From contig JBFNNX010000026.1 of NCBI GenBank assembly GCA_040791665.1, forward strand, positions 49,435 to 113,434: a stretch of DNA of 64,000 nucleotides, written 5' to 3'. Below, piece by piece: positions 39,378 to 46,616 of the stretch (position 1 is its first letter; each line of letters starts with the position of its first letter). Origin of the DNA: Candidatus Thiodiazotropha sp. GTDB taxonomy: Bacteria > Pseudomonadota > Gammaproteobacteria > Chromatiales > Chromatiaceae. The notes below the pieces were generated by a model. It was given only the letters and a program-made list of their open reading frames with translations, ran no database searches and was not told the origin of the DNA. The translations under genes and the position numbers were made by a program.

Positions 39378-39793
39378 TTTATGCCACGGTACCAGTGCGA
39401 TAAATGTCATGTGCACCCTGTGGAGAACAAGGGCCGTCTCTGGCTTCGCCTTCCTGTAGTTTCATAATTGCTATCTTCCAATGATAGCAGAATCCATTGT
39501 TTAATCTGGAAGTCCTTGTTTTTTTTAATTGCGCAAGTTTATTGCCCTGATTACCTATTTGTACTCTCAATTTAAGAGACGAGTGAAGAGGCTATCATTT
39601 TAATGCTTCTCCCTTTTGCTGTTTGTTACCGTCCGGTAACAGACTGTACGGCACTATTTCACTAACGATATGTAATTAAAGAACAAACCAGAACGGTTAC
39701 GGTTTCAACTGAAACGTTACCAAGAGGTAACAAAATTTGGATTGCTAATTCTATCGTTATATGTTTTTTCCAATATTTCAGGCAGATATGAAT

Positions 39794-39810
39794 TTGGAAC
39801 GACTCTTGCT
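39794..39810 (+). promoter_or_regulatory. Sigma-54 (-24/-12) promoter of the cytochrome/Mo-enzyme operon
   Basis: TTGGAACGACTCTTGCT has GG-N10-GC with a close consensus match, 67 bp before the ATG at 39878. Confidence 0.8.
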
Positions 39811-39877
39811 GATATTCTGAGAACCTTTTCATTTCAAGAAAAAAAGCGAATCTGCCTGACTGGAGGATACAAGGGCA

Positions 39878-41398
39878 ATGAACAGTGGCGCTGGAGTTCA
39901 ATTTAGAGTTACCTGGCGACAGATGGCACTGATTTGCGCGGGAACGGTTCTTTTCCTGTTAACGGCCTGGGGCGGTGTCGAGTATTATACATCGCAGTCA
40001 TCGTTTTGCGGTGGCAGCTGCCACACCATGACAGAGCAGTATGAAGCCTGGAAGTCAAACTATCACTACAAGAGCAACAATCCGGATGGTATGCAAGCAG
40101 AGTGCGTCGATTGCCATTTTCTTCCCGGCAAGAAGCATTCTCTGAAGGCCAAGTACGAAGGATTACGCCACCTTGCAGCCTACCTTTATGATCCGGATGC
40201 GCCACTGCCCATACGTCCGGTCATCAAGGATGGCGCTTGCCTACAGTCTGGCTGTCATGAGCGTGAGAAACTGGCGGTAGTAGAGATACAGTATACTGAG
40301 AGAGTCCGCTTCAAACACGAGGTTCACTTTAGTGACAAGGCTCTTGATGGTCACCAAATCACCTGCGATACCTGCCACTTCAAGACAACGAAGAACAAGC
40401 ATTTCGAGGTGCCTGAGGATATCTGTTTCCTATGTCACCTTAAACTGGATAAACCCACTCTTGATAAAGCGGAGATGGCCAATGGAGAGATTAAGAAAAT
40501 CACCTTCGTCAACAAGCCAGCCATCGATTTCAACCAAGGGGTATCCCGCTGTGATATCTGCCACACGATCCCAACAAGATCACTTCAAAGCCAGTTGCAG
40601 GTAGGAGACCCTGCCAGCACCAAGAAACCGATCACCCATCAGACAATACAGGAATCAGGAGTTGCTTGTGAGAGTTGCCACTTCGAGGTGGTGAGCGGCG
40701 AGGGCGAGATTGATACCGGAAACGTCGTCTCGAATGGCTGTCTTACTTGCCATAACAGAAGTCAGACGTTACTGGCAACTGCAGATGACCGTGAACTCAT
40801 GCATGGCAAGCATGTGCCGAACAAGGCTGACTGTTTCGATTGTCACAGTGTGATCGAACACAAGAACAGAACTGATCATCTTGATTTTGTACGCAATGAC
40901 TGTCAGCTCTGTCATGTCGACCAGCACAAGTACCAAAGGCTATTACTTTCAGGCTCTCCTGTTGATGAGGACATCTCGGGTGACCCGCATCTTATGTACG
41001 AAGTCAACACAAACTGCATGGGCTGTCATCTCAAGAAGACGCTGAGTAATGGGCATGATGTTCGGACAGCATCAGGTGATACCTGTGCTGCCTGCCATAC
41101 GGAGCAGCACAGGAAAATGCTCAGTGACTGGAAGAGTTTACTGACCAATGAGGTAGCAGATGTGGAAGAGGTCGAGAAGGAAGCCACGCAACTCTTCGCC
41201 GAACTGAAGGGTAGGTTGGACAATGAGAAATTGACTCAAGCGGAGGAAATGCTCGCCAAGGGAGGCGAACTTCTCAATATTGTACGTGTTGGTAACGGAG
41301 TACATAACAAAAAGTACGCAGTAAACATTCTCGACGGTGCATTCGCAAATTTCGAAGACACCATTGAGCTATTGGAAAACGCAACTAACAGTGAATGA
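39878..41398 (+). CDS. Membrane-anchored dodecaheme cytochrome c with NapC-like N-terminus
   Basis: One N-terminal TM; ten CxxCH plus CGGSCH (CX3CH) and CLQSGCH (CX4CH); helical C-terminus with GVHN. Confidence 0.85.
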   Translation: MNSGAGVQFRVTWRQMALICAGTVLFLLTAWGGVEYYTSQSSFCGGSCHTMTEQYEAWKSNYHYKSNNPDGMQAECVDCHFLPGKKHSLKAKYEGLRHLAAYLYDPDAPLPIRPVIKDGACLQSGCHEREKLAVVEIQYTERVRFKHEVHFSDKALDGHQITCDTCHFKTTKNKHFEVPEDICFLCHLKLDKPTLDKAEMANGEIKKITFVNKPAIDFNQGVSRCDICHTIPTRSLQSQLQVGDPASTKKPITHQTIQESGVACESCHFEVVSGEGEIDTGNVVSNGCLTCHNRSQTLLATADDRELMHGKHVPNKADCFDCHSVIEHKNRTDHLDFVRNDCQLCHVDQHKYQRLLLSGSPVDEDISGDPHLMYEVNTNCMGCHLKKTLSNGHDVRTASGDTCAACHTEQHRKMLSDWKSLLTNEVADVEEVEKEATQLFAELKGRLDNEKLTQAEEMLAKGGELLNIVRVGNGVHNKKYAVNILDGAFANFEDTIELLENATNSE

Positions 41399-41460
41399 TC
41401 TTTCAACAAACACACAATCAACAGTAGCGGAGGATGAGAAGATGCGTAGGAGAATACGAT

Positions 41461-42312
41461 ATGAGTGACAACAAAACACCAGACATCAACCGTCGCAAAT
41501 TCCTGAGTGGTGTAGGCACAGCCGCGGTAGGCGCTGCGGCCTTGGCGACACCGAGGGTAAGTCTTGAAGCAGCCCAATCAAAAGCACCTCGATGGGCGAT
41601 GGTCATGGACCTGAGGCGCTGCATAGGCTGCAGGGCCTGTACAGTCGCCTGCAAATCGGAAAACAACGTTTCGTTGGGCCGCTTCCGGGCAGTCATCCAA
41701 GAGAAAACCATGGGCACCTTTCCAAAGACCAAAAAGGAATTCTTACCCCTGATGTGCAATCACTGCGAGGGCAATGAGAAAGATGGCGTTCCTCCTTGTG
41801 TGAAAATATGTCCGGAGTATCCAGGCAAACGGGCCAAGTTCAAAACATCTGATGGCAAAACAATACGCTATCGCACAGGTGCGACCTATAAGCGTCCCGA
41901 TGGCATGATCCTGATAGACAAAGAAAAATGTATCGGCTGCGGTAAGTGTATCGATGCCTGCCCGTACGGGGTGCGTTCATTTGATCCCTTTGTAAAAGCG
42001 GGTGGTGACCAGACAAAGCAGGCAGCGGACAAATGCGATCTGTGTGCGCATCGTGTCGATAACGGGATCGAACCCTCCTGCGTCAACACTTGCCAGGGTC
42101 GCGCACGTATTTTCGGAGACCTGAACGATCCGAGCAGCGAAGTCTCCAAGCTTGTAAAAGAGCACAACCTGGCCAAGGCAGACAATGTACTGCTTCCGGA
42201 AGAGGGAACCAATCCACATGTGTTCTACATCGATCCCGACAACATGTTGAAAACCCTCTATACACAGCGAAAGAAGGGCAAGCTGGACCACTTTGTGGAC
42301 CAGATTCCATAG
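41461..42312 (+). CDS. Tat-exported 4x[4Fe-4S] electron-transfer subunit (TtrB/PsrB/DmsB family)
   Basis: NRRKFL Tat motif; DLRRCIGCRACTVAC, CNHC...CVKIC, CIGCGKCIDAC, CDLC...CVNTC. Confidence 0.92.
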   Translation: MSDNKTPDINRRKFLSGVGTAAVGAAALATPRVSLEAAQSKAPRWAMVMDLRRCIGCRACTVACKSENNVSLGRFRAVIQEKTMGTFPKTKKEFLPLMCNHCEGNEKDGVPPCVKICPEYPGKRAKFKTSDGKTIRYRTGATYKRPDGMILIDKEKCIGCGKCIDACPYGVRSFDPFVKAGGDQTKQAADKCDLCAHRVDNGIEPSCVNTCQGRARIFGDLNDPSSEVSKLVKEHNLAKADNVLLPEEGTNPHVFYIDPDNMLKTLYTQRKKGKLDHFVDQIP

Positions 42313-42345
42313 ACCCTGAGAGCCTGTATTAAGAGAGGAAATGAT

Positions 42346-44871
42346 ATGAAAAAGTTAAATCGTCGTGATTTCATGAAATTGACTGCCGGCAGCGGCTGTG
42401 CATTGGCGACTGGATTGGGCTGCAGTCAGAGCGCATTTGCCGGATCGCTTAAACTGCAGGCAGGCGGCAAGGATTTTTCACCTACAACAGGTAAGGAGAG
42501 AAAGGCAATCCCCACAGCCTGCTGGCAGTGTGTAACCCGAGACTCCATGATCGGTTATGTGGAGGATGGGCGCCTGGTAAAGCTCGAGGGACATCCCGAT
42601 TCCATACGCACACTCGGCAAACTCTGTGCCAAGGGACAGGCGGGTATCAACCAGGTCTATTTCCCGGACCGGATCCTGCACCCAATGAAACGCGTAGGCA
42701 AACGTGGCGAGCACAAGTGGAAACGAATTTCCTGGGACGAGGCCCTTGATCTGGTTGTATCCAAGCTGAAACCTCTGCGTGATGCGGGTACCCCAGAACT
42801 GTTTATGTATCAGTACGGAAGACACAAGGCGTCTCAGGCCGCGACCATGTACGACTTCATGCAGGCCTATGGCACTGGCACCATCGGTAATCACACCTCT
42901 GTCTGCGAGGCGGCAAAATGGGTGGGACAAGAGAGTCTTTGGGGCGGCATGTATGACAACTGGGATTATGACAAAACCGATTACGTGGTGATTTTCGGCA
43001 GCAATCAGTTCGAGACCCATACCAATCACATTCCGACCGCCCAGCGTCTGATTCGGGCCAAGGTTGATCGTGGTGTACCCCTATACGTATTCGATGTGCG
43101 CCTGACAAATACCGCAGCCAAGGCCGATCAGTGGGTGCCGATCAATGTGGGACATGACGGACTGGTGATGCTGGCCATGTGCAATGTCATCATGAACGAG
43201 AAACTCTACAGGAAGGACCACTTCAAATTCATGCGTGTCACCGAAGACTACAAGGCGACTGTCGATGAGAAGATTGCAGCCGTGAAGAAAAATGTCGCCA
43301 AGTACACCCCTGAGTTTGCAGAGAAACACAGTGGCGTGCCTGCCGATACCATACGCAAGATCGCTCGCGGATTCGCAAAAGCCAAATCGGCCTGCCTGGT
43401 TACCTACCGTGGAACGGTAATGCACTATCACGGCGCAGATCAGGAACGGGCGGCAATGCTGTTGTCGGCCATTACCAACAATCTCGATCGTCCGGGTGGT
43501 CGTGTCATGGGTGTTGGAGCAGGCTGGAAACATCCTTCCTCCCCCAAGGCAAAGGTTCACAAAACCCTCCACGTCAAGGACGGATTTCCGGGTGAAGCGG
43601 CCTACCCGACTCACCATGTAAGTCACCAGGTACTTCCGATGATCAAAGATGGCAACGCGGGTCGACCGAAGGTCTACTGGTGGAGTTGCTACAACCCAGG
43701 GTTCATCAATGGCGACAACAAGGAACTCCAGTCGATCCTGAAAGATGAGAGCATCATCCCATTCCTCATTACAACAACCATCGTCTACGACGAGTCCTCT
43801 CAGTATGCAGACCTGATCCTGCCCGACGTCACCTACCTGGAACGCTGGGACTGGGAGGACATGGTGTCGGCAAATCAGATCGCAGAATTCTATATCCGGC
43901 AGCCATTGGTGAAACCGTTGGGAGAATCACGTTGCCAGGGCGATGTCTGGCCCGAGCTGGCCAAGCGCATGGGCTTTGAACTGGCATACTCCAGCAAGGA
44001 GGACTTCGTACGCCAGTCCTGCGAGATGACGCCCGGCGTGCGTGAGGCCGGGGGCTTCGAGTATATGAAGAAGCACGGTGTTTGGCACGATCCGAACGCC
44101 AAGCCCAACTACGGCTTCTATGAGAACAAGGTGGACGTATCCGGCGATGGCGTGATTCTCGACGAGAAGACCGGAGTCTACTGGAACTGGAAAAAGGCGG
44201 GTGTCAACAGCGAAGCCGAGGCCAAGCGTCAGGGGTATCTGGGTACAAAAGGCGCGAAAAAGGCGTATGTCGCGCAAAACATCGATGGCGCGGCATACAA
44301 GGCCTACCCGCCCAATACCAAGTTCGTCAAGGCGGGATATCTGGACTTCTATTCAGATAATTTCGTCAAAAAGGGCTTTCCGGCATTCCCATCCTATACA
44401 CCGATTCCTGAACACCAGAAGATGGCGGATGATGAGCTGAATCTCACCACCTACAAGGTGGCGGTACATACCCATTCAAGGACCGCACACTGCAAGTGGC
44501 TCACCGAGATCAAGCACGATAATCCCGGCTGGATCAATACCAAGACGGCTGAAGCGCGCGGTATTAAGAACGGTGACAAGATCAGGGTCTATAACAGCCT
44601 GGGTGAGATCACCACCACAGCCTATGTCACCGAGGGTATTATTCCGGGCGTGATCGCCATATCCCATCACCTGGGTCGCAAGCACTCGGGGGTCTATGGA
44701 TCGGGCAAGCGTTCTCCCACGCCAGGTGGTGCCACAGCTGATCCGGATGTGAAGAATATATGGTGGAAAAAACATGGCACTCATCCCAATACCATCATCC
44801 CCAACTCTTCAGATCCTATCAGCGGCACACAGAGGTGGATGGATACCGTCGTCAGGGTAGCCAAGGCATAA
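42346..44871 (+). CDS. Tat-exported Mo/W-bisMGD oxidoreductase catalytic subunit (Psr/Phs/Ttr/Arr branch of the DMSO reductase family), substrate unknown
   Basis: NRRDFM Tat motif; FS0 region CWQCVTRD...KLCAKG; putative Mo-ligand Cys in GNHTSVCEAAK; LILPDVTYLERW; C-terminal MGD-binding domain. Confidence 0.9.
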   Translation: MKKLNRRDFMKLTAGSGCALATGLGCSQSAFAGSLKLQAGGKDFSPTTGKERKAIPTACWQCVTRDSMIGYVEDGRLVKLEGHPDSIRTLGKLCAKGQAGINQVYFPDRILHPMKRVGKRGEHKWKRISWDEALDLVVSKLKPLRDAGTPELFMYQYGRHKASQAATMYDFMQAYGTGTIGNHTSVCEAAKWVGQESLWGGMYDNWDYDKTDYVVIFGSNQFETHTNHIPTAQRLIRAKVDRGVPLYVFDVRLTNTAAKADQWVPINVGHDGLVMLAMCNVIMNEKLYRKDHFKFMRVTEDYKATVDEKIAAVKKNVAKYTPEFAEKHSGVPADTIRKIARGFAKAKSACLVTYRGTVMHYHGADQERAAMLLSAITNNLDRPGGRVMGVGAGWKHPSSPKAKVHKTLHVKDGFPGEAAYPTHHVSHQVLPMIKDGNAGRPKVYWWSCYNPGFINGDNKELQSILKDESIIPFLITTTIVYDESSQYADLILPDVTYLERWDWEDMVSANQIAEFYIRQPLVKPLGESRCQGDVWPELAKRMGFELAYSSKEDFVRQSCEMTPGVREAGGFEYMKKHGVWHDPNAKPNYGFYENKVDVSGDGVILDEKTGVYWNWKKAGVNSEAEAKRQGYLGTKGAKKAYVAQNIDGAAYKAYPPNTKFVKAGYLDFYSDNFVKKGFPAFPSYTPIPEHQKMADDELNLTTYKVAVHTHSRTAHCKWLTEIKHDNPGWINTKTAEARGIKNGDKIRVYNSLGEITTTAYVTEGIIPGVIAISHHLGRKHSGVYGSGKRSPTPGGATADPDVKNIWWKKHGTHPNTIIPNSSDPISGTQRWMDTVVRVAKA

Positions 44872-44900
44872 ATTAAGTCTACTGAAAGAGGAGAGCTGAA

Positions 44901-45554
44901 ATGGGAACCGACTGGAATAAAATGGCCGATAACGCCAAAACAAGAAGTGACACGTATGGGTTATTGACCCTGGTCTTTCGGCAGGAGCCCAGCGAAGCCT
45001 TCATCAACGAACTGAGGGGGCCCCGCTTGGCGGGGGCCTTCTCGGACATGGAGCTGGACATGGGTGGCTCTTTTTACAGCGAACCCGTATCAACCATAGC
45101 CGATCAACTTGCGCTTGAATTTTCGCGCCTGTTCATAGGTCCTGGTCGGCATATTTCTGCCCATGAATCGATTTTCACTGAAGTGGATGGTGACTCAGGC
45201 GGTTTGTGGGGCGCCAGAACAGTTGAAGTGAAGAAGTTCATCGAGACAACCGGACTTGATTACGCTTCCCAGTTCACGGGCCTGCCTGATCATATCAGCG
45301 TTGAACTTGAGTTCATGCAGAAACTGACCCAGTGGGAATCCGCCAAGTGGATGGAGATGGATCGCAAAAGCGCGGAGTACTGCCTGTCAATTCAGCGTAT
45401 GTTCTTGCAACAGCACATACTGGGTTGGATACCCAAGTTCTGTGATGCGGTGATATTTCAGGCCGACATGCCTTTTTACCGTGAACTGGCTGGATTGATG
45501 AAAAACTTCCTTGAGTTCGAACAGCAGAGCCTGGCAATCGAATCAGCCGCTTAG
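44901..45554 (+). CDS. TorD/DmsD-family redox enzyme maturation chaperone
   Basis: EFSRLFIGPG, AHESIF, LPDHISVELEFM, FLQQHILGWIP. Confidence 0.92.
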   Translation: MGTDWNKMADNAKTRSDTYGLLTLVFRQEPSEAFINELRGPRLAGAFSDMELDMGGSFYSEPVSTIADQLALEFSRLFIGPGRHISAHESIFTEVDGDSGGLWGARTVEVKKFIETTGLDYASQFTGLPDHISVELEFMQKLTQWESAKWMEMDRKSAEYCLSIQRMFLQQHILGWIPKFCDAVIFQADMPFYRELAGLMKNFLEFEQQSLAIESAA

Positions 45555-45632
45555 ATCACAATACAGTCCACCCCATGGTGGCAGTATTTTCAAGCCCTTT
45601 ATGACCCGAAACGCCTGTTCCTCAATGGCGTT

Positions 45633-46304
45633 TCAGGGTCTTCTTTTTGAGCCGTACCGATTATGAAGAGTGATCTCTTGATCGGGCATCATACCTAGTT
45701 CCCTGCCTTCCTTGATGGCGAAGCCGATAGGTGCCCCAAGATTCATCCGGTAGGCCGCCCACATGGTCCCAAGCAGTTCCGCTCTCGGAGCATAGACCAA
45801 CAGCATTCCATGGCTGGCATCTACAACGTGTTGAGTGAAATTCTCCACCTGCTCCAGACTCGGTAGGTTGCCGTCAACCGGGATGCTTATATAGCGCATA
45901 CCCAGCGCTTCGGTCTCCAGTTGATGCAGGCGAGCAGTTTTTTTCGGTGTGCCAAGATCGATTACCGTTTTAAATCCAAACGCCTCCAGCTCAGCAATAC
46001 GATTGAGCGGCCGCCCCATGGTGGCCTGCAGATAAGGTATGGCGCGGCCTGGGTCAGGTATTGCAATGCCGTAACCCATCCGTCCCGGAAGCTTTGACGA
46101 GTGATGGTTAAGCATTTGGGGTAACACCCTTCCGTCCGGGGTAGTTGCTACTTCGCTATCATCCCTATTTACTTCACCATCACCCCACCAACCACATGCA
46201 CCGACCTGTCCCGGAGACATTAAAATGATGCATAACAGAAATAGGGTGGACGAAGCTATAGTGTTACATGGTTTTACTGCACTGAACATGGGATTGAGTC
46301 TCAA
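45633..46304 (-). CDS. Exported protein with a DUF442/PTP-like domain lacking the catalytic Cys
   Basis: Hydrophobic leader, CGWWGDGE, GFKTVIDL, GMRYISIPV; LLVYAPRAE stands where HCxxGxR is expected. Confidence 0.55.
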   Translation of the reverse strand: MRLNPMFSAVKPCNTIASSTLFLLCIILMSPGQVGACGWWGDGEVNRDDSEVATTPDGRVLPQMLNHHSSKLPGRMGYGIAIPDPGRAIPYLQATMGRPLNRIAELEAFGFKTVIDLGTPKKTARLHQLETEALGMRYISIPVDGNLPSLEQVENFTQHVVDASHGMLLVYAPRAELLGTMWAAYRMNLGAPIGFAIKEGRELGMMPDQEITLHNRYGSKRRP

Positions 46305-46616
46305 TATAATTACTTCCGTTTATGGGGCCAATAAATCAGAGCACCTGCCTGCAGCCTATTGTAATTTAAAATTAACGGTCTGCTTTGGCGTGTCTGGAAA
46401 TTTACGCACCATGCGTTTCGGATCTCAATCTTTGGTCACGTAGAGATCTTTTAATCCATTACGATCAATCTCCACTTTTTAAGATCCGTGTGAGGATCTC
46501 CTTGATCTCATCAGTCATGTGAAATATAAACATAATATTTGTGTATCAGAATGTTTCCATAAATCTACAATTAATTGTTTGTTAGACCTCAGCGGTGTCT
46601 GCAACTGCCTGGAGTA

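Noticed and set aside
42346-44871. Calling the Mo enzyme ArrA, ArxA, AioA, TtrA or PsrA
   Set aside because: The FS0 motif and operon layout do not match those enzymes as I know them. A phylogeny is needed, so no gene symbol was assigned.
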